Part shown: positions 53,404-64,000 of the stretch, in pieces
Layout of the letters: every line of letters starts with the position of its first letter
Numbering within the stretch: position 1 is the stretch's first letter
From: Diplonema japonicum
Lineage: Eukaryota > Protista > Euglenozoa: Diplonemea
Assembly: GCA_964019335.1 (NCBI GenBank)
Contig: OZ025661.1
Span: 620,001-684,000, forward strand
DNA: 64,000 bases
Direction: 5' to 3'
Notes under the pieces: generated by a model
Told to the model about the DNA's origin: nothing
Seen by the model: the letters and a program-made list of their open reading frames with translations, nothing else
Databases searched by the model: none
Made by a program: the position numbers and the translations under genes

Positions 53404-55210
53404 CCATCTATCAACGAGCGTCTATATATAGACGATTTGAAAAAAAATCTTTTACGCAAAGGGCTTTCAATGCAATACGGCCCGGCCCTTTCTTGCCGGC
53501 GGGGTCCTGCGCGGAAAATATGAAAAAAATAAACTAAATGCTGCCCTAACTTAACAAGAAAATGAAAAAATGAAAAAAAACGCCAGCCCAAATTTACCCT
53601 TAAAAATCACTTCAAAAAAAGGCGCCCGGAAAGAGGGCCGGAAGAAGACGTTATGAGTGATGGCAGCACGATGGCTCATCCCTATTATGCAATTTTGATA
53701 CAAACAGTGATTCTGATACGAATTCGACCGATTCCGAGTCACAGCAGGGTGATTGGACGGCAAAGCCGGAGCAGTTGGAAGGCATCCGGTTTCGTGAAGA
53801 TCTGAATCCTTGTGGACCCTGTTTTGACATCAAAGGCTCAACGCCATACCATATATTCTCCAAATGCTCGTCCCAAACGTTATTCGGGTCATAACTTCGA
53901 ACAATGTGGCAAATGCGGCTAAAAAAGGTGTTTCCCTGGATCTCGATGCTGCTTCTCTGCGTACCTTCCTAGGTGTCCTTTTGTCGATGGACTTGGATAT
54001 CAAGGCAGATTATTCTGATTACTGGCACACTGGCTCCACGTCTCTCAACTACACCCCTGGGTACGCCACCGTCATGTCAAGAGACCGCTTTTTGACTATT
54101 CTGGGAAATCTGTGTTTCCACAGCGAAACAAACAAGCGTGCTGACTTCTACTTATCGCAAAGGCCTCCCGGAGATCATGGATGCCCCAAAGAAGCGAGGC
54201 CGCATGCCAAGGACGCGCATCCCGTGGGGACACCCAGTTCCACCAGCACGCGAGCATCCTTTGCACCACAACGTGGCATGACATCATGCCAGCGTGCTTT
54301 CTATCGACGTTGGATGTTCCGGTGAAGTCGAATTTGACGTGTCCGCCAAAAGAGAATGAAAGCCGGAAAGGACATCCCGCCCCCCACCAAGTGCATATTT
54401 ACAACACCGCAATGGGCGGAACCGACGCTGGGTGATGCTGTGACAAAACGCCATAAACGCTCCCTTATGACTTAAAAGTGGCCCCTAAAAGTATTTTTGT
54501 ACTTGTTAGGTAAATCTCTGGCGAATGCTTGGCTTGTTTGGAAAGAAGCCTTGCCCCCCAACGCCCTGAGTACGAACGACAGTGGATTCAGGCCTTTCAA
54601 AGAGGCAGTCATCGAAGGGCTACTAAGGAGGCAGTCTAAACAACAGATAAAATCAACTACAGAGCAGGCTGCCCCAATACCATGCCCCGAAACACAGAAC
54701 GAGTGCTCTGAGACCCCAATGCGCCGTGACAGTACCTTCTGGGACCATTTCCCCGAAAAAGTAGTGCAACGTGCGGTGCAGGCATTGCAAGTCGAAAAGA
54801 CCCCTATTTCAGTGTTCAGCCTGCTTGGTACAACTTTGCGTGACTCCGTGCTTCAAAGACTACCACCTTGCCGGGGATACCCCCCAGAAACCCCTCCCGG
54901 GGTCAAAAAAGAAGTCCCCCAGCCCTGGGGTACATACGAACCGCGTCAAGAAGGCCTTAAATAGCTTTTTATAGAATTTTACAGTCGATTTTTTTTGACT
55001 TGTTTTTTGTATCCCCTCTCGGGCACTTCAGGAACGATATTTTTGACAATGTTGTGGGGGTGAACCCTGCTGTGGGCACCCTCTCTCTAGAATTGGGACA
55101 TCTGGAGGCATTTCCGGGGGCATATAGCCCCGGCGTTGCGCTGGAATAGCTTTTTTTGAAGTTTTGAAAATTTACCCCCTGGTGGGCAAAAATGGTCCGT
55201 TGGTAGATGG
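53404..55210 (+). mobile_element. Decayed, internally deleted piggyBac transposon
   Basis: TTAA at 53400-53403 and 55211-55214. TIR ccatctatcaacg / cgttggtagatgg (12/13). Frameshifted transposase pieces FLGVLL...MSRDRFLTILGNLCF, YNTAMGGTD, KWPLKVFLYLL..SLANAW and C-terminal CRHC..CSAC..LC..PCFKDYH. Confidence 0.92.
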
Positions 55211-55432
55211 TTAAAAAACTTTTCTTTTTCTTTTTAGAAAAAGAAGGAAAAAAAAACACAAAAAAACACAACGCCTGTATTCTCTTTTTTTTTTCTTCCT
55301 CCTTTTTTTTCTTCTTTTTTTTTTCTCTCTTTTTTGGAAAATCAATCCCCCCCAAAAAAAAAGTGAACGGGAGGAGGGAGGGGAGAGGGGAACAAAACAA
55401 AAAACAAAAAACAAAAACAAAATCAACAAACA

Positions 55433-56368
55433 ATGCCACCCGTCCGCGAAAACACGGTTTTGATCAACACCGAAAAAAAAGGCTTGGCGATCGCGATGCC
55501 CTCCTCGATCCTCGAGACCCAGCACAAATCCATCTTAAAAACATACCTGGTGGGACAAATCGCAAGGGCACTCGCGGTCTTCCGAATCTCAGAAATCGTA
55601 GTTTTCAACGAGGAGGCCGGATGGGAACCAGCAGCAGACGAACTATTCGGCGAGTTCAAGGGGATCAAGGGCCCCACAGCCTTCATGTCCCGAAACCTCA
55701 TGCTGACAGAATGCCCGCAATACCTGAGAAAACTGCTGTTCCCGCTCCACCTCGACACAAGAGACAGCGGTGCCTTACCCCCATTAATGCTTTCTTCACA
55801 CCCCCTAGCCGACGATCGCACTGTTTACAGAGAAGGTGTCTCGGTTAACGACGATGAAGAAGCTCAAATGTCAAGCGAAATAGAATGCGGAATCTGGGAA
55901 AAGGTCACCGTTCCCATGGAAATCCCCGTAGGTATGAGGGTCACGGTGAAGATGGACGACGACGCATACGGGAAGGAGAAGCCAACAGGTACCCCTGTTG
56001 CTAAAGAGGAAGCTAGTAAAGATGGGACTTATTGGGGGTATGAGGTCAGAACTGCCGCATCTCTTTCGGAAGCCATTGGTGTGGACCGGTACGATTTGGT
56101 GATCGGTACCTCCGAGCGAGGGGAGTCGATACACAACCCTGCATTTTCCGCGTCCCTCCCCACACACTACCGCCCGCTCCTTGTCCTCGGAGGCCCCAAG
56201 GGTCTCGAGGCGTGCATTGCTACCGACCCGGCGCTGCGTGGTTATGCCCCTGAAGACGTGTTTCACAAATGGGTGAACGCGCTTCCGAACCAAGGGTCGA
56301 AAACCATCCGGACGGAGGAGGCTTTGATCATGTGTTTATCCGCATTGCAGTCGCATTTGAGTTGGTGA
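55433..56368 (+). CDS. SPOUT1: SPOUT-class RNA methyltransferase (C9orf114/SPOUT1)
   Basis: GQIARALAVFRISEI, ECPQYLRK, YWGYEVR, IGTSERG and NQGSKTIRTEEA. Confidence 0.93.
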   Translation: MPPVRENTVLINTEKKGLAIAMPSSILETQHKSILKTYLVGQIARALAVFRISEIVVFNEEAGWEPAADELFGEFKGIKGPTAFMSRNLMLTECPQYLRKLLFPLHLDTRDSGALPPLMLSSHPLADDRTVYREGVSVNDDEEAQMSSEIECGIWEKVTVPMEIPVGMRVTVKMDDDAYGKEKPTGTPVAKEEASKDGTYWGYEVRTAASLSEAIGVDRYDLVIGTSERGESIHNPAFSASLPTHYRPLLVLGGPKGLEACIATDPALRGYAPEDVFHKWVNALPNQGSKTIRTEEALIMCLSALQSHLSW

Positions 56369-56506
56369 GAGAGGAACAAAAAAAAAAAAAGAAAAAAAAC
56401 AGTGTGTTTGATCAGAGTTATTTTATGGTTTTTTTTTTTCTCTTTTTTTCTCCCTTCATATTATTATTATTCCAACAGGGGGGGAAACAGGGTGGGGGAA
56501 AAAAAA

Positions 56507-58060
56507 ATGCAACCCCGAACCCTGGGCCCTTACACTATTCATGAAAGAATAGGCCAGGGTACCTTTGGCCGAGTATACACCTGTGGGAAGCCACACTCTT
56601 CAAAGAGACTCGTGGTGAAGGTGATAGACGTCACAGAGCTTGACGATGGAGACCGGGAAGGCTGCCTCACCGAGGTCAAGGTGCTGGCGAAGCTAGGAGA
56701 GCAGGGCTGCAGGTATATCGTAGAATACGTTGAGAGCTTTGTGGACCAAGGGTGTCTGTGCATGGTGATGGAACACGCGAGAGGGGGCACGCTGCAGCAG
56801 AAACTGGCTTCGCTGAACCCGAACAGTCTACCCGAACACCTGTTCTGGAGCTACTTCACACAAATCGCAGTCGGATTGGAAACTGTCCACGCCCATGGTA
56901 TACTCCACCGTGACTTGAAAACCGCGAACATTTTTCTGACCCAAACCGGGACTGGTGTGAAATTGGGCGATTTTGGCTTGGCTCGAATCCTTTCAAGTTC
57001 CACATCCATGGCAAAATCAATCGTGGGGACGCCTTACTACCTTTCTCCTGAAATGTGCAACGGTGTTGATTACAACGAAAAATCAGACATCTGGGCATTA
57101 GGAGTCATCTCGTATCAAATGGCAACCGCAAACCTCCCGTTCAAGGCTCCTAACCAAGCTTCTCTCATCTTGCAAATTGTAAAAGCGAGAGTAAGCGGGC
57201 TTTCCGGGATCAAGGACAAGTACGGTTCCGAGGCTGTTGACCTCATCACGAAATGCCTCACGAAAAACCAAACTCGTCGTCCGGATGCGACGCAACTTCT
57301 TTCAATTGAATGCGTTTCTGTTGCTCTGAAGAAGTATGGCGTTGGAGCACCCGCTCCTAAAAAATCGAAAACCGCGTATCAAGACGATGTTTGCAAGCAG
57401 ATCCGAGCGCATCCTTTGACTGACTCAACAGCTCGCCTTTCAACCCCGAACAACCCATCTGCCGTCCCAAACCGACGTTTACGGAAAAACGCGCCTCGAC
57501 CAGGTCCTGTGGTACGAACCCGGGTGTCGACGTCTGTTCCTCTACCCAGCACCTCTTATAAATCGAAAATCGCCCGGGAAAAGGACATCAATCTTGTTGA
57601 ATCCTTGCCCGACTCTGTTCTCTCGTCAGATGACGACAGGGAACCCTGTCGAGCCGATGTTGTTCAGCCTGAAGAAAAAACACGAACACAAACCCAACCC
57701 CAACCTCCTTCCGTGACGTGGTCGGTCAAGTCCAGTGAGGGCCGAGAAGAGTCCACAGGAACCTGCATTCAATGGGCTATGCAAGATACAGCACCGGTTC
57801 CATCTCCTACCGCAGGATCGTTCACAGAGCAAACCGAGCACCGTGCTGTTCTATTGGGGTATTTGGAGACCACTAATGAACAGTTGGCAGAGATAGGATG
57901 CGGGGAAAGAAAATACGGAGAGATGGTGGAGCTGCTCGGCAGGCAGGACAGTGAAGAATACACCACCAGGGACATGGCCCCAGACGAGATTCGGGTGATG
58001 AGGTTGGTGTACAACAAAATGCTGTTGGAAGCGGAGCTGGAGGAGATGGGCGGGGGGTGA
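56507..58060 (+). CDS. NIMA-related (NEK) protein kinase
   Basis: IGQGTFG, HRDLKTANIFL, KLGDFGLAR and VGTPYYLSPEMC...YNEKSDIWALG. Confidence 0.93.
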   Translation: MQPRTLGPYTIHERIGQGTFGRVYTCGKPHSSKRLVVKVIDVTELDDGDREGCLTEVKVLAKLGEQGCRYIVEYVESFVDQGCLCMVMEHARGGTLQQKLASLNPNSLPEHLFWSYFTQIAVGLETVHAHGILHRDLKTANIFLTQTGTGVKLGDFGLARILSSSTSMAKSIVGTPYYLSPEMCNGVDYNEKSDIWALGVISYQMATANLPFKAPNQASLILQIVKARVSGLSGIKDKYGSEAVDLITKCLTKNQTRRPDATQLLSIECVSVALKKYGVGAPAPKKSKTAYQDDVCKQIRAHPLTDSTARLSTPNNPSAVPNRRLRKNAPRPGPVVRTRVSTSVPLPSTSYKSKIAREKDINLVESLPDSVLSSDDDREPCRADVVQPEEKTRTQTQPQPPSVTWSVKSSEGREESTGTCIQWAMQDTAPVPSPTAGSFTEQTEHRAVLLGYLETTNEQLAEIGCGERKYGEMVELLGRQDSEEYTTRDMAPDEIRVMRLVYNKMLLEAELEEMGGG

Positions 58061-58215
58061 AAGTTTTTTTTTACTTTTTTTTCTACGTTAATTTTTTTTG
58101 TGGTTCTTTCCTTCTTTTTTTTCCCCCCCTAACATTTGTTATCCTAAAAAAAAAAAAAAAAAAAAAAAAAAACCACGTGCGCAGGCACCCCTCCTCCCCA
58201 ATACTGACGCAAAAT

Positions 58216-59628
58216 ATGTTGGTCAAAGTAACAGGTGACAGAGCAGCCCTTGCCAATGCTCAGCCGGACGCACGTTTAAACTGGCGCCTTGACGATGATA
58301 AGCCAGTTGGTTCGGCTCAGCAAATCGGTAAGCTTTTGACTTTGTTGGGAATCGTACCGGGGAACACTGGGGCAGGGCTTCCCCCTGAGTACACGTTGTA
58401 CAAAGGGCTGTCGCGGGACCAGAAGGGGGAGCTTCTTCGGACTGACAAACCTCCAGCTTTCAACGGGCTGCGGCCGAACTGTTACATCTATGTCGGATAT
58501 GAACAGCGGACGGAACGAACCCCGAGCATCGGCGGGGTGGTTGGGGAACAGGAAGGTGTTCCATCACCAAACGCGTTCGCAGGGAAATCCGTCCCATACA
58601 GGGGGAGACGGCATCAACCTGTCGAGGAAGCCGGGTTCGGTAACGAAATGAACGAATTACTTCAAGAAAAACAAACGATGGTGGAGTCATTAGGGAGACG
58701 CCTTCAAACAGCAGAAACTGCTAACAGAGACCTCAAACGGCAGGTAATCCAACTAACAGAACAACTCTCCTCACGTCCTTCCTTCAATCACCATCAACAC
58801 GCATCCGTTGTGTCCCCACCATCAAAGTCCGACAGATCACCCTCCGCAACCTCAAATTCGTACCAAGATGTTGAATCTGCCACACGGTTGAGGGATCAAA
58901 ACAGAATTCTACACGCTGACTTAAACGCGACCTTAGCAGAGCTGAATAGGGTACGCAGCCAGCTAGAGACCATGGAGGCATGGAAATCGCAACACGACTG
59001 CAGCAAGACGGGCGTCAAAACATCTGACTTACGGCAGGACATCTCCGACATGAAGAACACGCTTCGCGACGTCGTCCGCCACAGGGAGGAGACGAAGGAG
59101 GGGCTGACCATCAGAAAACGGGAGCTGGAGGACCGGTTCAACAGCCAGAAAAGCGCGGGCAACAATCTCATGAAGGAAGCCTCATTGGGTATCGGCGGCG
59201 ACCTCGGAACCCAACTCATGCCGTCCCCATACTACATGGACCCACACACTGCCCCTGCATCTGTGTACCAACAAGGCCCTGGACTGTCCGAAGGGTCCAT
59301 CTGCAAGCTCAAAGTACAAACCCTCACAGGGGAGGGCACGGTTGTCCGCCGAATCTACTCCGCGGTCACACGGAATAACCAGCACGTGCTCATCCTCGCC
59401 TCACTTGAAGGCGTCGTCACTGACGAAATCGTGGCGCTTGAACTCGAGAAAGCCGGGGCCGGCTACAACAGGCCCGACCTTCTCTTTCTCGCCACTGCCA
59501 AACACCGATGGGTGCTCTCAATGGAGCCTGAGGAACGGAAAAAATGGCTTGATTGGCTGGTGCAAACAAACACTTCCTTGGCATCGGTGGGTGCCAGCGG
59601 GACCCCGCGGCGCGTCACACCGTTGTGA
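58216..59628 (+). CDS. Coiled-coil protein with C-terminal PH-like domain
   Basis: ATG 58216, central coiled coil, and ...WVLSMEPEERKKWLDWL. Confidence 0.8.
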   Translation: MLVKVTGDRAALANAQPDARLNWRLDDDKPVGSAQQIGKLLTLLGIVPGNTGAGLPPEYTLYKGLSRDQKGELLRTDKPPAFNGLRPNCYIYVGYEQRTERTPSIGGVVGEQEGVPSPNAFAGKSVPYRGRRHQPVEEAGFGNEMNELLQEKQTMVESLGRRLQTAETANRDLKRQVIQLTEQLSSRPSFNHHQHASVVSPPSKSDRSPSATSNSYQDVESATRLRDQNRILHADLNATLAELNRVRSQLETMEAWKSQHDCSKTGVKTSDLRQDISDMKNTLRDVVRHREETKEGLTIRKRELEDRFNSQKSAGNNLMKEASLGIGGDLGTQLMPSPYYMDPHTAPASVYQQGPGLSEGSICKLKVQTLTGEGTVVRRIYSAVTRNNQHVLILASLEGVVTDEIVALELEKAGAGYNRPDLLFLATAKHRWVLSMEPEERKKWLDWLVQTNTSLASVGASGTPRRVTPL

Positions 59629-59861
59629 AATAAAAAGTAAAAAGAACGAGAAAATGGGAGGGGGGGAGGTCTTCTCTTTTTCTTGCAGAAGAATCCTTAT
59701 TTAGATAGAAGTACATTTTATTTTATTTTGCTGTCTGGCTTGTTTGTTATTTAGTTTGTTGTGTTTCTTTTTTCTACCAGAAAAAACAAAAAAAAAAAAT
59801 AAAAAAAAAACAAAATAAAAAAACCCTCCCAGCAACATTGCAAAAAACAAAAAAACAAAGG

Positions 59862-61418
59862 ATGCAGCAGTCCACGGTGCTTCTGGCGCTAGTGCTGACC
59901 CTGGAACTGGCAGGGAAGAAGGCCGTTGCTGAGGCTACGGCTCCGGCGAGGTGCACGGACCTGCGGCTCTCCAGTGGGAGCGTCTGGGTGGACAAGCCGT
60001 ACGGAACGGGGTGTACCTGGTACGGTGCTGAGAGCAAGCGCTGCGAGTGGTACGGCTCCCGCTACCGTAACGAGCACGTTGCAGGCGAGGCGTGCTGCGT
60101 GTGTGGTGGAGGATTGAGGGAGGAGGTGCCGACCCCCCCGCGCACCCCTGCCCCGACAACAGCAACAACGACCACGATGTCAGCGAAGGTGTTGGCGAAG
60201 TCCCACCTGGTGGCCTTCTGGGACTTCGAGACAAAGGGCCAGACGGGTAACTACGTGGCGCAGTCAAACGTAGACAACCAGGGTGCGGAGGGACCAGACG
60301 GCCTGTACCCCGTATGGCTGCGCAGAGGGCACGGGGGAAGCGAACCCGGTGCACCCGGCTACACAGAGGCAACATGGCCCTCATCGCACCCCGTGACGGC
60401 AACAAGGGCAGGCGGGCCGTTCAACGGGAAGGGACTGAACGTGAAGGGAACGTCGCTGTTCGCATCGGTGGAAAGAAGCAGCTTTGACAGGACACCGTTG
60501 GACATCAGCGGGGCGGACCCGTTCTCGCTGGTGGCGTGGGTGTGGCTCGGGGTGAACAGCAACCACCACCACATCGCAGGGATCTGGGACGAGGGGACGT
60601 GGGAAAAATACAGCGGGCAGAGACAATACTCCCTGTTCCGGACAGGACGCTACGGGGACAGGCTGTTTGGGCACATCAGCGCGACAGGCGCGGCGAGCTA
60701 CCCTCAGGCAGGGACAGGCGGGGACCAGTACGCGAGGATCCGGGCCTTGAACGGGGCGCACCTGTCGGAAGGGGAATGGCACCTTCTAGCTATGACCCAC
60801 GACGGGACACAGGCACAGAGCTCACAGGACGGTGTTTCAACCCCTACATCTTACAACGATGGGGAGGAGTGGGTGGAACAGCGTGTCTACAAGGATGCCT
60901 TCAACCCCGTGACGAACCCGAAGGAGTTCTCGTGGGGGGTGTTCCACCCCCTCCGCTTCATCGTGAAGTTCAACGGCTACAACGTTGCAGCAGACCAGGT
61001 GAACGAGCACTACGTGCGTGTGGACCTGAAGGCCCCTGCCGCTGAACGCACCATCACCTACGGGGTGAAGGCACCCAGCTTGAACGCCATCGCCTCCCGC
61101 AACTACATGGTGGCGTACACCTTCAAGCGGGAGGGTGCCGTGGTCCCGCATGGCAGCGGCTCCTTCCATGTTTCGAACAACGCTGGATCAACAGGCCTGA
61201 ACCCATCGCTTGTAGTAGAGGAAGACGACCGCCTGGAGCTGGAACTGACACGGGACGGAGCTCGTGTGGGTGACGTTGTGGTGCACAGGATGGGGCCCGG
61301 TGCTGCCTTCTCTTTTGGGCGCATCTTGGGCAGTGGAACCACGATGGTCCTGGGTGGTGTAGCCATGTATGGTAGGGTGCTGAGCGAGGCCGAGCTTCAG
61401 GACCTGGCTTCCTTTTAG
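59862..61418 (+). CDS. Secreted protein: Cys-rich CCxCGGG module + Thr/Pro linker + LamG/concanavalin-like domain
   Basis: Signal peptide, GCTWY...EACCVCGGG, and LamG hallmarks LVAFWDF, FSLVAWV, WHLLAMTHDG and VAMYGRVLSEAEL. Confidence 0.85.
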   Translation: MQQSTVLLALVLTLELAGKKAVAEATAPARCTDLRLSSGSVWVDKPYGTGCTWYGAESKRCEWYGSRYRNEHVAGEACCVCGGGLREEVPTPPRTPAPTTATTTTMSAKVLAKSHLVAFWDFETKGQTGNYVAQSNVDNQGAEGPDGLYPVWLRRGHGGSEPGAPGYTEATWPSSHPVTATRAGGPFNGKGLNVKGTSLFASVERSSFDRTPLDISGADPFSLVAWVWLGVNSNHHHIAGIWDEGTWEKYSGQRQYSLFRTGRYGDRLFGHISATGAASYPQAGTGGDQYARIRALNGAHLSEGEWHLLAMTHDGTQAQSSQDGVSTPTSYNDGEEWVEQRVYKDAFNPVTNPKEFSWGVFHPLRFIVKFNGYNVAADQVNEHYVRVDLKAPAAERTITYGVKAPSLNAIASRNYMVAYTFKREGAVVPHGSGSFHVSNNAGSTGLNPSLVVEEDDRLELELTRDGARVGDVVVHRMGPGAAFSFGRILGSGTTMVLGGVAMYGRVLSEAELQDLASF

Positions 61419-62113
61419 GTAAAAAAAGGGGTGTTATTATTGTGCTTTTTTTGAAAAATGTATGATTGGTTTTTTTCTTCCTTGTTAGAAATCTTGGTGG
61501 CTGGTGTTTGCGGCACCGCTTCTTCTTCTGCTTCTTTATACAGCTTGTTCTTATTCTTGTTCTTGTTCTTTTTTTCTTTTTTTTTTTTTTCCTCCGTCTT
61601 CGCGGTCAATTCTTTTGATACGCAATTTGACTTTTTTTTTCTTTTTTCTTTTTTTTTTCTTTTTTTTTTCTTTTTTTTTTTCTCTTGTTTTTGTTTCTTC
61701 TTGTGTATGTTTTTTTTTCCCCCCTATTTTTCTTTTTCGGCGATCCTGTCACATACTGCAGGTTCCCTTCAAAGACATCTTTTTCTTCTTTTCTTCTTCT
61801 TTCTTTTTCTTTCAAGCGTCACACTTTGCCAATCTGTGCATTGTGTGACCCCGAACGCATTTTAGAAAAAGAGGAAAAAAAAAGAGAAGAACAAAGAGGG
61901 GGGAAAAGGTAAAAACACACACATTCCACACCTCTCACTTAGCAACACAAAGAAAAAAAGAAAAAGAGGGGAAAAAAAGAAACACCCTGTTCAATTATAT
62001 AAAGGGACCCCTTTTTTTAAAAAAAAAAAACTTTTTGCTTCCATCTCTCCTATTCTCCCCCTTCCCTCCTACTCCCTCTCTATTTATTTACAAAAAAAAG
62101 GGGGAAAAAAAAA

Positions 62114-63457
62114 ATGAAACGTTTGCTAATTATAATGATAGTGGGGGTCCAGCTGGCGACCGCGAGACAATGCGGGCAACCGGCGTTCACGGACGACCCG
62201 GAAAAACAAACGAGGGAGTGCTCCGACAGGCAGTGCTCGAGGTACTGGAAGGGCTACTGCGTGAGGGGCCTGGCGGTCAACGAAACCTGCGACATCGATG
62301 ATGACTGCTACACAGGCAAGTGCACCGACCACCTATGCGACAATGACGGCTGCGACACCGATGTAATATTCGCAGGATGCGCAAGAAGCGGCACGAAAAG
62401 CTCGGGACTTGGCTACATATGCGCCATGATCGCCGTTCTCTTCTTCGGCTCCAACTTCGTCCCCGTGAAAACCTGTAAAACAGGAAACGGAATTTTCTTC
62501 CAATGGGTGGTATGCAGCGCAATCATGCTAGCAGGCATGGTGGTCCAACTTTTCCGAGGCTCCCCAGACTTCCACCCCTACGCCATGTTCGGGGGATTCC
62601 TCTGGTGCACGGGAAATATTATGTCCGTCACTATTATTAAATGCATTGGATTGTCATTAGGTTTATGCATATGGGGAGCATGTAACATGTTAACAGGGTG
62701 GTCGTCAGGGAAATTTGGAATGTTTGGAGTTGTGAAGGAAACGGTGGACAACACGGGTTTGAACGTTGCAGGGGTGGTGATCGCGTCGATCGCAGTGTTC
62801 GCATTTGCTTCAATCGAACCGTCTCTCGACAAGAAAAAAAAATCCTCTTCAGAAGACACCGACGACGATGAAGAAAACGATGTTCTCGTGAATGACAACG
62901 AAACCCGCAGCGACGCCACCGTTCCTTCTTTTGAAGAATCTCTCGGGCCAATGCGGAAGCCTGTTGGAATAGCCATGTCGGTACTAAGCGGTATCTTATA
63001 TGGATTAAACTTCGACCCCCCTACGCACATGGCAAACCATGCTGGGGAACTTACTCTTAAAGGAAACACGCTTTACTCAGGAAACTCTCTAGACTACGTT
63101 TTCTCCCATTTCTGCGGTATCTACGCCACATCTACGTTCTACATGATGTTATATGCTGCATTTCAAATGGCTAAGCCCGAATACAAGGACACAGTTAGCT
63201 ACCACGCGATGCTGTTGCCGGCGTTTCTCTCTGGGCTTATGTGGGGGGTGGCGGATATTTGTTGGTTCGTCGCAAATGGAAATCTTGGGTTGATGGTGTC
63301 CTTCCCCTTGGTCACTACTGGACCCGGGCTTGTTTCAGCCATTTGGGGTGTTGTGGTGTTCAAGGAGATAACCGGTAAGACAAATCTTATCAAGCTTGTC
63401 AGCGCATTCTGCGTGCTTGGTGCCGCGGTCACTATGATAACACTGTCGAAGAATTAA
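62114..63457 (+). CDS. TMEM144: TMEM144-family DMT transporter with Cys-rich N-terminal extension
   Basis: FFGSNFVPVK, GIFFQW, AMFGGFLWCTGN, YVFSHFCGI and GPGLVSAIWGVVVFKEI. Confidence 0.9.
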   Translation: MKRLLIIMIVGVQLATARQCGQPAFTDDPEKQTRECSDRQCSRYWKGYCVRGLAVNETCDIDDDCYTGKCTDHLCDNDGCDTDVIFAGCARSGTKSSGLGYICAMIAVLFFGSNFVPVKTCKTGNGIFFQWVVCSAIMLAGMVVQLFRGSPDFHPYAMFGGFLWCTGNIMSVTIIKCIGLSLGLCIWGACNMLTGWSSGKFGMFGVVKETVDNTGLNVAGVVIASIAVFAFASIEPSLDKKKKSSSEDTDDDEENDVLVNDNETRSDATVPSFEESLGPMRKPVGIAMSVLSGILYGLNFDPPTHMANHAGELTLKGNTLYSGNSLDYVFSHFCGIYATSTFYMMLYAAFQMAKPEYKDTVSYHAMLLPAFLSGLMWGVADICWFVANGNLGLMVSFPLVTTGPGLVSAIWGVVVFKEITGKTNLIKLVSAFCVLGAAVTMITLSKN

Positions 63458-63552
63458 TTTTTTTTTTTTTTGATCTGTGTGTTTTTTTTTTTTTTTTTTT
63501 TTTTTGTTCCCCCCCACCCCCACTCTTCTTTTTGAAAAAAAAAAAAGAAAGG

Positions 63553-63584
<32 letters not shown>

Positions 63585-63864
63585 GAGTTTCTTTTTGTGT
63601 CTCCCTTTTTTTTTTGTTCCCTTTTATCAGTGCGTGGATCTCCGAAGGTGAAGATATATAATTGAGGGGGATGGGATTTTTTTTTTTCTCTTTTTTTTTC
63701 TTTTTTTTTCTCGCCACCCACTTTATAAAAAAAAAAAAGGTGGAACCATTTGAAGGAAAGGGCTCTTCCCCGTCGTTCTCCCCTTTTTTTTTCTTCTTGC
63801 GTTCCTCTGTATGCACACAGATGCATTTTTTTTTTTTTTTTTGTACCTTTTTTTTTCCTCTTCT

Positions 63865-63900
<36 letters not shown>

Positions 63901-64000
63901 TCGTAAGCTGAGAAAGGCTGGGCTTTAACACCAGGGACGGGAGAGGAAGGGGAAAAAAAAGAAAATAGAAAAAAAAAAAAAAACAAGATCTTCGCAAGCC

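Noticed and set aside
245-63457. Non-standard genetic code (stop reassignment)
   Set aside because: Conserved proteins read through without internal stops and end at TAA, TAG or TGA in expected positions. Apparent breaks are explained by GT-AG introns.

Overview
Eukaryotic nuclear DNA, most consistent with a euglenozoan of diplonemid type (inference). About 27 protein genes all lie on the + strand, in a polycistronic-like cluster. They are mostly intronless, but several have short GT-AG cis introns, often with poly(A) where a polypyrimidine tract is expected. Intergenic DNA is dominated by very long A/T (and G/C) homopolymers. Recognisable genes include INTS4-like, peroxisomal enoyl-CoA isomerase (SKL), QCR9 (3 exons), CLASP (4 exons), a RUN/Rubicon-homology protein, a 1486-aa ferric reductase with a huge Gly/Asp-repeat ectodomain, JmjC, two EBP-like paralogs, an HLS1-like GNAT, CDK10/11-like and NEK kinases, a D/D-domain beta-PGM-like HAD, SPOUT1, a LamG-like secreted protein and TMEM144. 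There is also a four-member coiled-coil family, two members with identical CDSs. A convergent tRNA-iMet/tRNA-Val pair sits at 18.9-19.1 kb. The most striking observation is a 5'-truncated RNase H-bearing non-LTR retrotransposon with a poly(A) tail and a perfect 10-bp TSD ending 2 bp before tRNA-iMet. A second direct-repeat-flanked insert lies just upstream of tRNA-Val, suggesting tRNA-gene-targeted retrotransposition. A decayed piggyBac and many MITE-like inverted-repeat elements are also present. All calls are by eye, without database searches.
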